A stretch of DNA of 54,904 nt from Candidatus Altimarinota bacterium (GTDB lineage Bacteria > Patescibacteriota > Gracilibacteria > BD1-5 > UBA2023): the NCBI GenBank assembly GCA_031410215.1, contig JANNYQ010000067.1:1-54904 (forward strand), given 5' to 3'. A model generated the notes under the pieces. It was not told the DNA's origin. It was given only the letters and a program-made list of their open reading frames with translations, and ran no database searches. Position 1 is the first letter of the stretch. Each line of letters begins with the position of its first letter. Position numbers and translations under genes: made by a program. Positions 22,517 to 33,243 of the stretch are shown in pieces.

Positions 22517-23149
22517 ATGTCATGCTGACACGACCACAGTACACACGAAGAGTACTCTTACGAACAAGTAAAAATCGACACTCTTGCTCCTGGATTTGAC
22601 CTCCCAGCCTACGATCCAATCAAGGATGATACAACGAATATATCGACACACGATCTCCACGGTAAGTGGACGGTACTCTTTTTCTACCCGGCTGATTTTA
22701 CATTTGTCTGTCCTACAGAACTCAAGGATATGGCAGGAGCAAAGGCTAAGTTCGACGAACTCGGAGTCATAGTACTCGCGGCCTCTACTGATACAGTATT
22801 CTCTCATAGAGCATGGGTCAAGCACGAGGGTCTTATGAAGGGATTTCCATACCTCATGCTCGCTGATCACAATACGGAGATCGCAGCCGCATACAATATC
22901 CTCGATGAAGAATCAGGGATTGCTGGACGTGGAACATTTATCATAGATCCAGAGGGGATCTGCCGAGGTATCGAGGTCACATCTGGTCCACTCGGACGCA
23001 ACTCAGATGAACTCATTCGCAAGATCGAGGCTCTCCAGTTCATGGCAGCTCATCCGGGGACTGCATGTCCTGCGAAATGGGCAGTTGGATCCAAGACCCT
23101 CACTCCATCTATCAAGATCTCTGGTGAAGTCGAGGCACAACTCAATTAA
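22517..23149 (+). CDS. 2-Cys peroxiredoxin (AhpC/Prx1 type)
   Basis: GKWTVLFFYPADFTFVCPTE is the peroxidatic Cys motif. ...GTACPAKW is the resolving Cys. ATG 22517, with one TGA at codon 4. Confidence 0.88.
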
Positions 23150-23163
23150 TCTTAGTTCAATTT

Positions 23164-23196
23164 AAAATAATCCCTGAATAATCAGGGATTATTTTA
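23164..23196 (+). terminator. rho-independent terminator
   Basis: ATAATCCCTGA-ATAA-TCAGGGATTAT followed by a T-run. Confidence 0.8.
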
Positions 23197-23297
23197 TGAT
23201 GCAATATTCCTCTATCTCATACCTTGTCTTTAATTTGTCTTTGTTATATCGACAGAATACGATATGCTCATATTGAATTATTTCTTAACTAGATAAT

Positions 23298-23489
23298 ATG
23301 GATAATCATAATGGTGATTCAGGTGTGAATACACTTCTCATAGTGGTGATACTATTGATCATAGTTGGTACGGCGGTATGGTTCTATTCTAGAGGCTGAA
23401 TCACTCCGACTCAACAAGGCACACCAAAAATCAATGTAGATCTCAATATGCCTACAGTTCCAAGCAGTCCCTCTGGTACTGGGCTCTAA
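23298..23489 (+). CDS. small single-TM protein (63 aa)
   Basis: MDNHNGDSGVNTLLIVVILLIIVGTAVWFYSRG[G]ITP... has one TGA and is followed by a terminator. It is absent from the ORF track. Confidence 0.4.
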
Positions 23490-23494
23490 AGAAT

Positions 23495-23526
23495 CAAAAA
23501 ATCCCCCACTTTCGTAGGGGATTTTT
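23495..23526. terminator. bidirectional terminator (small ORF / fusA)
   Basis: AAATCCCC...GGGGATTT with an A-run 5' and a T-run 3'. Confidence 0.7.
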
Positions 23527-23538
23527 GTATTCATATTT

Positions 23539-25683
23539 CTACTCTTCATCATCTTCTTCGAACTTCACTCCGCGTTCTGCTCGGATTTTTTCTGTGATGT
23601 TGTTCGGAACCTGAGCATAGTGAGCAAACTCCATAGCGTAGGTAGCTCGACCCTGAGATGATGATCGGAGATCTGTTGAGTACCCGAACATCTCAGAGAG
23701 AGGGACGTGAGCTCGGATGATCTTCGCCATACCTCGCTCTGTCATCTCGATGATCTGTCCTCGTTTTGAGTTGAGATTGCCGAGGACATCACCCATATAC
23801 TCTTCTGGAGTATTGACCTCTACGAGCATGATTGGCTCGAGAAGTGCAGGTTTTGCCTTGCGAGCCGCCTGACGGAATGCTTTGATCGCCGCCATACGGA
23901 ACGCGAGCTCATTGGAATCGACATCATGGTACGAACCGAATGTGAGTGTAGCCTTCACATCAACGATAGGATATCCAGCGATGATACCACGAGTGTAGGC
24001 GGTCTTGAGACCCTTCTCGACTCCTGGGATGAACTCTCGAGGGATGACACCACCGACGACCTTGTTGAGGAATACTGTCTCCTCAGCGAGAGCCTCTGGA
24101 TCTGCGGCTCGCATCTCTGGAGTGATCGGCTCGAACGTGATGACAACATCACCGAACTGACCACGACCTCCTGATTGCTTCTTGTGTGTACCTCGCTCAT
24201 CAGTCACTGTAGCAGTGATCGTCTCACGATAGGCAACTTGAGGAGCACCGACATTGGCCTCGACTTTGAACTCACGTTTCATACGATCTACGAGGATCTC
24301 GAGGTGGAGCTCACCCATACCCGCCATGATCGTCTGTCCTGTTTCAGGATTCGATGATACACGGAACGATGGATCTTCTTCGGCGAGCTTGTTGAGGGCC
24401 ATACCCATCTTTTCCTGATCTGCTTTAGTTTTTGGCTCTACAGAGATCGAGATTACTGGCTCAGGGAACACCATACGTTCGAGGAGGATCGGATGGTTGA
24501 TATCACAGAGGGTATCTCCAGTCTTTGTAGCCTTGAGTCCGATGATGGCACCGATATTACCTGCTGGGATCTCATCGATCTCAGTTCGAGTATTGGCGTG
24601 CATCTGGAGGAGTCGACCGATACGCTCCTTTTCTCCGGTGACAGAGTTGAGGACGTATGATCCTGACTTGAGAGTACCAGCGTAAACTCGGACGAATGTG
24701 ATACGACCGACAAATGGATCAGTCATGATCTTGAATGCTATAGCACCAAGAGTCTCGTTTGGATCCTGTTTGAGAGTGATCACCTTTTCGATATCATCAG
24801 GGTCAACTCCCGTTGCCATACCACCCTTGACGTCAAGAGGAGATGGAAGGAGGTTGACAACCGCGTCGAGGACGAGCTGTACACCCTTGTTCATAAGGGC
24901 CGATCCACACATAAGTGGGTAGACCATATCTGCGATGACACCCTTTCGGAGTCCCGCTATGATCTCAGCCTCTGTCAGTGTACCATTCTCGAAGAACTTG
25001 TTCATGAGCTCATCATCTTGCTCTGCTGCCTTCTCGACGAGAGCGGCATGCCACTTGTCTGCATCAGCCTGATGTGATGCTGGGATCTCCATCTCGATGA
25101 CCTTCTCACCCATCTTCCCATCAAAAGTATACGCCTTCATATTGATGAGATTGATGATACCAGAGAATTCGTTCTCCTGACCGATTGGGAGCTGGATTGG
25201 GATGACCTTATTACCGGCAAGTCGCTTGATGATAGACTCGTATGTCATCATGAAGTTACCACCCGTCTTGTCCATCTTGTTCGCGAATGCGATACGAGGC
25301 ACTCCATATTTGTCAGCCTGTTTCCATACTGTCTCTGACTGAGGCTCGACACCCTGAGAGGCATCGAATACCGCAACCGCTCCATCAAGTACTCGCATAG
25401 AGCGCTCTACCTCGATTGTGAAGTCCACGTGACCTGGAGTATCGATCAGGTTGAGTTGTACCCCATTCCATGTAGTAGTAGTAGCCGCAGAAGTAATAGT
25501 AATACCTCGCTCCTTCTCCTGCTCCATCCAGTCCATCGTCGCACCACCATCATGTACCTCACCGATCTTGTGGGTGATACCAGTATAGAACAGGACACGC
25601 TCAGAAGTGGTAGTTTTACCAGCATCGATGTGGGCACAGATACCGAAGTTTCGGATATTTTTGAGATCTTTGGAAATTGCCAT
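23539..25683 (-). CDS. fusA: elongation factor G
   Basis: An intact 714-aa ORF with [21 protein letters not shown] and full EF-G domain order. It contains no TGA codon. Confidence 0.97.
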   Translation of the reverse strand: MAISKDLKNIRNFGICAHIDAGKTTTSERVLFYTGITHKIGEVHDGGATMDWMEQEKERGITITSAATTTTWNGVQLNLIDTPGHVDFTIEVERSMRVLDGAVAVFDASQGVEPQSETVWKQADKYGVPRIAFANKMDKTGGNFMMTYESIIKRLAGNKVIPIQLPIGQENEFSGIINLINMKAYTFDGKMGEKVIEMEIPASHQADADKWHAALVEKAAEQDDELMNKFFENGTLTEAEIIAGLRKGVIADMVYPLMCGSALMNKGVQLVLDAVVNLLPSPLDVKGGMATGVDPDDIEKVITLKQDPNETLGAIAFKIMTDPFVGRITFVRVYAGTLKSGSYVLNSVTGEKERIGRLLQMHANTRTEIDEIPAGNIGAIIGLKATKTGDTLCDINHPILLERMVFPEPVISISVEPKTKADQEKMGMALNKLAEEDPSFRVSSNPETGQTIMAGMGELHLEILVDRMKREFKVEANVGAPQVAYRETITATVTDERGTHKKQSGGRGQFGDVVITFEPITPEMRAADPEALAEETVFLNKVVGGVIPREFIPGVEKGLKTAYTRGIIAGYPIVDVKATLTFGSYHDVDSNELAFRMAAIKAFRQAARKAKPALLEPIMLVEVNTPEEYMGDVLGNLNSKRGQIIEMTERGMAKIIRAHVPLSEMFGYSTDLRSSSQGRATYAMEFAHYAQVPNNITEKIRAERGVKFEEDDEE

Positions 25684-25840
25684 AGAAAATAAGTTAAAAG
25701 ATAAAAGATAAAAATTAATGGAATGTATACCTTAAGGTATAATAGTGGAAACTTCCAAAAACTCCCAAATTTCGCGAACATAATATGGAAAAGAGGGCGA
25801 ATGTCAAAACAAGTTTTTTGAGATTTTTTCTACGAGAAAT

Positions 25841-25868
25841 TTGCTTTCTGTTCTCTTTTTTCTATAAT
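25841..25868 (+). promoter_or_regulatory. sigma70-like promoter of the tRNA-Leu cluster
   Basis: TTGCTT (25841-25846), a 16-nt spacer, then TATAAT (25863-25868). Confidence 0.5.
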
Positions 25869-25903
25869 CGGCTCATCCCGAATAGGGTGGTGGAATTGTA
25901 GAT

Positions 25904-25988
25904 GCTCGGGTGGTGGAATGGTAGACACGTACGTTTCAGATGCGTATGCCCTATGGGTGTGTGGGTTCAAATCCCATCTCGAGCACCA
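25904..25988 (+). tRNA. tRNA-Leu (anticodon CAG), class II, CCA encoded
   Basis: Acceptor GCTCGGG/CTCGAGC. Anticodon arm TACGT-TTCAGAT-GCGTA. Long variable arm. T arm GTGGG-TTCAAAT-CCCAT. Discriminator A followed by CCA. Confidence 0.85.
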
Positions 25989-25998
25989 TAGATATTTT

Positions 25999-26122
25999 GC
26001 CCAAGTGATGGAATGGTAGATGTGCGACCATAGGGAGCCATACTCCCGAGAACGAGCATCCGTGAAACGGTGCGACATTCGAGAGGGGTGCATGACGGAG
26101 GTTGATAGATCCAGATAAATTC
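25999..26122 (+). other. tRNA-Leu-like 5' fragment plus structured spacer (pseudo-tRNA or unknown small RNA)
   Basis: It starts GCCCAAGTGATGGAATGGTAGA, which is 21/22 identical to the 5' end of the downstream tRNA-Leu. It has no T arm and no 3' acceptor. It contains the hairpins GGGAG-CCATA-CTCCC and CCGT-GAAA-ACGG. Confidence 0.3.
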
Positions 26123-26206
26123 GCCCAGGTGATGGAATGGTAGACATGACGGTCTTAGAAGCCGTTGCCGCGAGGTGTAGGAGTTCAAGTCTCCTCCTGG
26201 GCACCA
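26123..26206 (+). tRNA. tRNA-Leu (anticodon UAG), class II, CCA encoded
   Basis: Acceptor GCCCAGG/CCTGGGC. Anticodon arm ACGGT-CTTAGAA-GCCGT. Long variable arm. T arm AGGAG-TTCAAGT-CTCCT. Discriminator A followed by CCA. Confidence 0.88.
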
Positions 26207-26212
26207 GTATAG

Positions 26213-26244
26213 AAAAAAAATCCTCAATAATTGAGGATTTTTCT
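26213..26244. terminator. bidirectional terminator (tRNAs / glycosyltransferase)
   Basis: AAAATCCTCAA-TAA-TTGAGGATTTT with an A-run 5' and a T-run 3'. Confidence 0.8.
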
Positions 26245-27154
26245 ATCGTATATCTCTAAATGTTGCTGGTTTATCAACAATAAATATCTTATTATTCATC
26301 CAGTTTGAATACAAAAAGTTATTCCAATATGCAAGTAAGACCTTACATCCATTATCAAATCTTCTATTACTCGTAATAACTGTAGTATTTCTAGTGCTTT
26401 CCATGAGTACTTTTCCTTTTCATTGCATCTTTTGAGTAATCAAATTATCTTCTCCAAGATCAAATCCTGGTATATAACCACCAATTGAATTAGCTATACT
26501 CTTTCTAAAAAACGTATTTGCTCAACCAAATGAGTTCTGAGATTTAGGAAAATATCCATGTCATGAAATAAAACGAATAGTTCTTGGAATAATACGAATT
26601 ATATGTTGCACGGGATGTATTCAGATCATTTTTGATCATCCGGAAAAACATACCAATTCTGGATCTTGATTAAAATACTTCATACTGTCATCAATCCAGT
26701 TCTCAGGTACTTGCGTATCTGCATCAGTTGTAGCTACAATATCTCATTTTGTTGCCTCGAGTCATGCTTGACGAGCATATGATACTCACTTTCGTGACTC
26801 ATCTATTCGACCTATTCATGATTGCGTCATGATTTCTCATGTACGATCATTACTTGCGTTATTGACACCGATGATCTCTACAGCTACTGAGGTCTTTAGT
26901 TTTGAAAGCGTCCAGAGCATCAGTGGTAAATACATCTCTTCATTGTATGCAGGAAATACGACGGAAACTCTGGGTTGTTCTGAGATAATATCAATCATAC
27001 GTGAACGAATAATATTACATACATCTTGTAGTTGTTCATCTGTAGGTATATTTGATAATTTGAAGTCGTGTGAATGAAGATACGGAAAGTCTTCTAAAAA
27101 TTTCATAAAATTAATTAATATAATGTCAATATACTCAAATTTTGTGTAAATCAA
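26243..27154 (-). CDS. family 2 glycosyltransferase
   Basis: The whole gene was translated. ...VSVVFPAYNEEMYL... and the ...TDADT... DxD motif are present. There are 11 in-frame TGAs and the CDS ends at TAG 26243. It is visibly AT-rich. The start could be 27106 instead. Confidence 0.75.
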
Positions 27155-27197
27155 GTGCTTTTTTTACATTTTCTAGATTTTTCTTACAATATCCCTC

Positions 27198-28406
27198 ATG
27201 CAATCCCTTTTCTCTTCATCCATCACTCCACTCGCATCACTTCTCAGGCCTGAGCAAATCGGCGATCTCGTAGGACAGTCACATTTGATCGGCGAATGAA
27301 GAGCAATCCGCAAGTTCATCGAGGCAGGCAGACTCCCATCGATCCTACTCTGGTGACCTCCAGGATGCGGCAAGACCTCGCTCGCTCGAGTCATCGCGAA
27401 CTCGCTGGATGCTGAGTTTTTTCATCTGTCTGGTGTACTCTCGAAGAAGGAAGATGTCGTGAAAATCATAGCCAGAGCACAGAAGAACTACGAAGATGGG
27501 AGACAGACGATATTATTCCTCGATGAGATACACAGGTGGTCGAAGTCACAACAAGATGTCCTCCTCCCATGGGTTGAGAAAGGGATCATCACGCTCATCG
27601 GGGCCACCACTGAGAATCCGAGCTTCACCGTGATCAATGCTCTACTCTCTCGCTGTCGCACCTATATCCTCGAACCGATCAGCGAAACAGAGATCACCCG
27701 ATTCATGGAGAAAAACATGAGCCGAATACAGGAGAGGTATGCAAATATTGAGTTCACACAAAGCATCCTCCCTCTCATCGCCAAGCTCTGAAATGGTGAT
27801 CTCCGCAATACTCTCAACCTCCTCGAAACGGCTTGTATATTGCAATGAGAGTGAGTGCTCACTCGTGAGACGATCCTCGAGGCTGGGAGCAAGTCGCTCA
27901 ACTATGATAGCGATGGTGAAGAGCACTACAATCTGATATCAGCCATGCACAAGTCACTACGAGACTCTGATGGTGATGCTGCCATCTACTGGATAGGGCG
28001 TATGCTCGCAGGGGGCGAGGATCCGAGGTATATCATGCGCCGTATGATGAACTTTGCGTCTGAGGACATATATGATCCTCAGGCAATAATGCTGACCAAT
28101 ACCGTCTACGATATCTGCGAGAAGATGGGCATGCCCGAGTGCGAGCTCCCGATACTGAACGCAGCATACTATCTCGCAAACACTCCAAAAAATAACTCGA
28201 TCTATAAAGCGATGCATGCAATGCATAAGGATATTCGAGAATTCTGAAATCTCTGAGTCCCACTCCACCTCCGTAACGCACCGACAGCACTCATGAAAGA
28301 AGCTGGTAATGGATCCGGATATGAATACGCCCATGATCTAGAGGAGAAAAAAAGTGAGCAAGAGCACTTTCCTGAAGAATTAAGAGGAAAGAAGTACAGA
28401 ATATAA
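27198..28406 (+). CDS. rarA: replication-associated recombination protein A (AAA+ ATPase)
   Basis: LLW[G]PPGCGKTSLA (Walker A, TGA 27354-27356), FLDEIHRW, IGATTENPSF and the MgsA C-terminal part ...AMHKSLRDSD.DAA.YW..RML..GEDP. ATG 27198 to TAA 28404-28406. Confidence 0.9.
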
Positions 28407-28407
28407 C

Positions 28408-28434
28408 TTGCTTTTTCCTGATTTTTCTTATAAT
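28408..28434 (+). promoter_or_regulatory. sigma70-like promoter of nusA
   Basis: ACTTGCTTTTT, with TTGCTT at 28408-28413, and TATAAT at 28429-28434. Confidence 0.45.
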
Positions 28435-28511
28435 ACTAAAAGTGAAATAGGACCTGCCAAATTGGCGAGTCTTTTTTTTGACTCAATTTATCCTATAATA
28501 TCTGAAATACT

Positions 28512-29618
28512 ATGTTCGATATAACAAAAATCAAGGCTGCCATAGAGCAGATCGCCGCAGAGAAAAAAATCGGTAAAGAAAAACTCGTCGAGATCATCGA
28601 ATCAGCGATCAAGACTGCCTACAAGCGTGACTATGCGAGTAAGGATACTAATGTAAATGTCAAGCTCGATATGGTTACGGGCAAACTCGATGTCTCTGTC
28701 GAGAAGACAATCGTCGAGACTGTTGAAGATGAGGATATCGAGATCAGCTACGAAGATGTTGGTGGCGAGGAGTCAGGATTTGTTATTGGTGATACAGTCG
28801 AGATCGATGTGAGTGAAGAATTCATGAATAGTGAAGGATTCGGTCGTATTGCCTCTCAGGCAGCCAAGCAGGTCATCGTCCAGAAGATCGGAGAGACTGA
28901 GAAAGAGAAACTCTATCACCTCTTCAAGGACAAAGTCGATACGATTGTAAATATGCGAGTCGAGCTAGTCGAGAAGAATCGCGTAGTATTCGACTACAAC
29001 GGACACCAAGTTGTCCTCCCTCGCTCAGAGCAAAACTCCGCAGACAAGTATGTCCCTGGTCAGCGTATGAATCTCTATATCCGTGGATGCGAGATTGATC
29101 CAGTGACTGGTCCTCGTGTTATCTTGTCTCGAAAGGATAAAGAGCTCGTGGTGAAGTTATTCGAGATGTCGACTCCAGAGCTCGAGGAGGGAGTAGTCGA
29201 GATCGTCTCTATCGCTCGTCTCCCAGGAGTCAAGACCAAGATCATCGTCGCCTCTGATGACGAAGATGTAGATCCAGCAGGATGTCTCATCGGACCAAAA
29301 GGAATGCGAGTACGCACCATCGTCGATGAGCTCTTCGGTGAGAAGATCGATATATTGAACTATACAACTAATCAGAAAGAGATGGTACGTCGAGCACTCG
29401 TCCCAGGTATCGTCGAGGACATCGAGATAGATGAGGAAACGACGACCATCCGGGCAACTGTGAAGGACGAAGAGAAAGCCAAGGTACTCGGTCGAGGCGG
29501 AACCAACATCAATATCGCAGGGGAGCTTCTCGGATACCGTATCTCACTCACGACACTGCCTCCAGCTGAGGTAGTCCCAGGAACTGAGACAAGCGAGTCA
29601 GAGTCTCCAACAGCATAA
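28512..29618 (+). CDS. nusA: transcription termination/antitermination factor NusA
   Basis: An intact 368-aa ORF with the NusA N-terminal domain, S1 and two KH regions (...GPKGMRVR..., ...GRGGTNI...). No TGA. Confidence 0.93.
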   Translation: MFDITKIKAAIEQIAAEKKIGKEKLVEIIESAIKTAYKRDYASKDTNVNVKLDMVTGKLDVSVEKTIVETVEDEDIEISYEDVGGEESGFVIGDTVEIDVSEEFMNSEGFGRIASQAAKQVIVQKIGETEKEKLYHLFKDKVDTIVNMRVELVEKNRVVFDYNGHQVVLPRSEQNSADKYVPGQRMNLYIRGCEIDPVTGPRVILSRKDKELVVKLFEMSTPELEEGVVEIVSIARLPGVKTKIIVASDDEDVDPAGCLIGPKGMRVRTIVDELFGEKIDILNYTTNQKEMVRRALVPGIVEDIEIDEETTTIRATVKDEEKAKVLGRGGTNINIAGELLGYRISLTTLPPAEVVPGTETSESESPTA

Positions 29619-29627
29619 GTATAACAC

Positions 29628-29664
29628 AAAAAATCTGCCTCTCAACTAAGAAGCAGATTTTTTT
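29628..29664. terminator. bidirectional terminator (nusA / CNNM gene)
   Basis: AAATCTGC...GCAGATTT with an A-run 5' and a T-run 3'. Confidence 0.7.
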
Positions 29665-29669
29665 GTGAA

Positions 29670-30992
29670 CTATTTTTGCTTGCACTCGACTCGCTCGATC
29701 ACATTGTCATGTACTGCGAGTACCCGTAATATAAGACGATTCTCATCTCCAAACGATACTATATCTCCAACCTTCGGGAATCATTCCTCCTCAGCCAAGA
29801 GAACATACGAGAGCGTCTCAGACATATAATCCTCTGGGAGCTCAATCATCTCAGGGGTAAGATTATACTGTTCGAGGATATCATCGATGAGCACCGATCC
29901 GATTGCCTCGATAGATCCATTTTTTCATTTTTTCATATAGATCTCTTCTTTATCTTTTTCATCTTTGATATCACCGAATACTTCTTCGAGTACATCTTCC
30001 ATCGTCACTACTCCTGCAGTACCGCCATGCTCATCGAGTACGAGGGCGATATGTCGACGCGATCTCTGGAACTTCTCGAAGAGATCATCGAGTGCTTGTG
30101 TGAGGGATACCTTCATGATTTTCTCGAGATCGAGTGACGAAAGATGAGCAGTACCATGTCACTCACGCTGGAGACGAAATGCTTCGCGAAAAGTAATCAC
30201 TGAGTCCACATCATCCGTGGTATCTCCATAGACAGGAAGCCGTGAGTGAGAAGACTCCATCATGAAGTCGCAGACCTGATCGACCGTCATATCGAGTGAG
30301 AGGAATTCCACATTGACTCGTGGTGTCATAACTGCATCAGCTGTCATATCTGAGAGACCCAAGAGATTTTTTATCTGACGCTTTTCATCTTCTTCTACAG
30401 CTCCCCCCGCATGGGACATGTCGATGAATGCATCGAGTTCTTCTTCGCTCACTGTTGTTCCATGCATATCGAGCTTGCCTCCTGTAACCCAACCGAGAAC
30501 TTTGACGAATTGCTCGACAATCCATGTCAGAGGGAGCAGCAACCAGACAAATACTTGATACACTGGTGCCGAGGCGAGAGCAATCCTATCGTTGAATCTG
30601 ACTCCGACTACCTTCGAGGTGATCTCTCAGAAAAGCAGTACAATCATAAATGCTACCAGATACACCACGAGTGATGCTGTCTGTGGAGAAGCGAAAAAAT
30701 GAGATACTTCTGGAGTAATATACTTCTCAGCGATTATCATCGGAGCACTCGTAACAAATAACGTTGCTATAAGATTGGTAATAAGGAGGCGCTCATTTTT
30801 TTTCTTGAGCTTGGCAAGCGTACGGGCTCCCCAACGCTTTTGTCGGATGAATCCCTCGAGCTTGTGTCCGCCTACAGACATGAGTGGGATCTCTGTACCA
30901 GCAAAGAAGGCAAGAGAAAAAACAAAAACAATAAAAACCAATATGGGAAGAGGGTCCAATGTATGAGAAAATAGGGATAAAAATCGTAGCAA
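29670..30992 (-). CDS. HlyC/CorC (CNNM) family transporter: DUF21 TM domain + CBS pair + CorC_HlyC
   Basis: 440 aa in one frame with all junctions checked (4 TGAs). It has TM helices at the N-terminus, then ...MTPRVNV... and ...ALVLDEHGGTAGVVTMEDVLEEVFGDI... CBS motifs. The CDS ends at TAG 29670. Confidence 0.8.
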
Positions 30993-31110
30993 AACTACTA
31001 ATTGATAGGTATTATATAGATATAATCAGAAAAGCAAATCTGCCCAATTCCGGAGTTGCGATTTTGGATTTCTCGAATATACTCACTCCCATATATCTCA
31101 TCCTATACCT

Positions 31111-31545
31111 ATGGAAAAAATAGAAAAATCTATCCAAGAAGAACAACAGATCAAAAAAATGCCAACCAAAAAGGCAGCAGTGATCAAAAAAATGCCAAAA
31201 GAACAACAAGAAGAAGTAGAGTGACTCATCGATGCTATTGGAGCAGTCTGACTGGAGGAGTTCATCGACTATATCAGATCACCCTGGAAGATGCTCTGGC
31301 CCAACTTCATCGCCTGAGTTGCGAGAGGATTCGGGGCACTTGTCGGTGCGACGATCGTGATCGGTCTTATCGGATGGTCACTCGCTATTATCATAGATCT
31401 CCCACTTATCGGCCAGCGTCTCGAGCCATATGTGAACCGAGTTCAAGCCGAGTTCAAAAAATATACCGAAGCTACCAACTATAATGCCAAGTTCGATAAT
31501 ATGGAAAAAGTACTGATTGAAATCCGAGATAGTCTCAAAAAATAA
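31111..31545 (+). CDS. small membrane protein
   Basis: ATG 31111. A lysine/glutamate-rich N-terminus and one or two TM helices (GFGALVGATIVIGLIGWSLAIII). Three in-frame TGAs. Confidence 0.5.
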
Positions 31546-31564
31546 AAATGGTATATCGTCTGAA

Positions 31565-31594
31565 TAAAAATCCCTCAAATTTGAGGGATTTTTA
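31565..31594. terminator. bidirectional terminator
   Basis: AAAAATCCCTCAAATTTGAGGGATTTTT is a perfect palindrome between convergent genes. Confidence 0.8.
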
Positions 31595-31597
31595 TTT

Positions 31598-32791
31598 TTA
31601 TTTCATATCCTTTTTGTTATTGACGTACCACTGCTGAGCAATCACAAAGAGAGTACCAATAAACCAATAGAGACCAACACCAAGTGGGAAAAAATATGAT
31701 GATACCGCGAGCATCACTGGAAGCATATAAAGCATCATTTTTTGCATCAATTCTGGATCGAGCACTGCCTCTATAGAGCCAGGTTCAATTTCTTTTTTTG
31801 GTTCATTCGTTTCTTTTTTAGTTTTTGTAGTATATTGAAACGACATATACGCCTGGACCCACTGGGTTCCTCAGAGTATCAAACCAAATATGATTGCCGT
31901 AATTCCTCCAACCTGAGACAGATTGAGTCCAAAAAAAGTAGTCACAATACTCGATGGTTGGAATGACCCGAAGATAGAATAGAGATGATATAGATTCGAT
32001 GGATCAGTGATCCCAGATATGACCCAATAGAGACCAATAAGTATCGGCATCTGGATAAGGAGCGGGAGGCATGATCCCATTGGATTGACTCACTCCGTCT
32101 TGTAGAGTTCCATCATCTTCTGTCCGAGCACAGCCTGATCAGCCTTATATTCCTTTTGGATGGCTTTTATTTTTGGTTGGATTTTCTGGAGTTTTTTCTG
32201 ACTCTCGAGCATATGTTGCTGTGGCACGAGGAGGATGAGACGGATGATAAGTGTGATGATAATGATGGCCCAACCGAGAGAGTGTCCAGGCACCCAAGTG
32301 AGGAGTGCGACAAACAGATTGTAGATGGGTTCATATACAAAAGTCGATGCCATAGAGCGAAATGAACCAGGCATCGCCAGAGAAAATGCAATACTACGAT
32401 CTCATAGGGGAGTACTCAATGTCACTATATATTTACCTGGTTGTGTGGCGAATACTCGATAGAGTGGCTCAAATGAGATGAGATGGATTTGAGATGGGGC
32501 AACGACAATAGGAGTACAAAAGCCACTCGCTGTCTCTGGAATTCCTGTGAGTGACTTGGAATCAAGTGATAGAGTGATATCATCACACGGATTGACTATG
32601 ATAGCACCCGCTGTAGTATTGTGAATAGTGACTTTGGGAATATTGGGTACTACGATACTCTCGGATTCTACTGATATATATACGTCAGAGAGTATAGGAG
32701 TAGTTGCTGGTTTTGGGAAAAACCAGTACTGTACGAGGAGCGATACGAGGAATGCTATTGCAAAGAGGTTGAGAATACGGAGTTTGTCCAT
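31598..32791 (-). CDS. yidC: membrane protein insertase YidC
   Basis: Four ORFs join in one frame through 3 TGAs. ...QKIQPKIKAIQKEYK.D......ELYK.E[G]VNPMGSCLPLLIQMPILIGLY... is the YidC/Oxa1 core. Confidence 0.85.
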
Positions 32792-32818
32792 GTTGTAGAG
32801 GAAAATGAGTGGATAAAA

Positions 32819-33184
32819 TTATTTTTTTATTTTCGATTTGTATTCTTCCTGTATTTTTCGGTACAAGAATTGTATATTTTTTTCGAATTCTCGTATATGT
32901 TCTGGATTTTTATAGTCGAGTATGGTTCATTTTTTTGGTACCAATACTACATCTACATTGAGTGTAGTAAGTGAAGAGAGAGATATATCATAAAACTTGC
33001 GTCTCCAGTAATTACGATTCACGCTCCCCTTGGTACACTTGGATGAGAGGAGGATGCCACACCTACCATGTAAGGATTTATTTTCCATAGTGTTGGCGAT
33101 CCAGACAAACGAAAAGAAAGGCTTTTTTCGATTTAAAACCTTTCTCAATTCATGTTCTGTGAGACGATATTCTTTGGAGATCAT
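32819..33184 (-). CDS. rnpA: RNase P protein component
   Basis: A basic 121-aa protein directly downstream of rpmH and upstream of yidC. One TGA (32927-32929). The CDS ends at TAA 32819. Confidence 0.8.
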
Positions 33185-33243
33185 ACGTTGCAGTGCAGAT
33201 GCGGATGCAGTTATACTATACTCCCAGACGACATCCGACGAGA

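Noticed and set aside
25999-26122. An intron-containing (group I) tRNA-Leu, or the tRNA-Gly(UCA) needed for the variant code.
   Set aside because: The insert is only about 100 nt. There is no T arm, no 3' acceptor strand complementary to GCCCAAG and no UCA anticodon loop. The D stem is broken.
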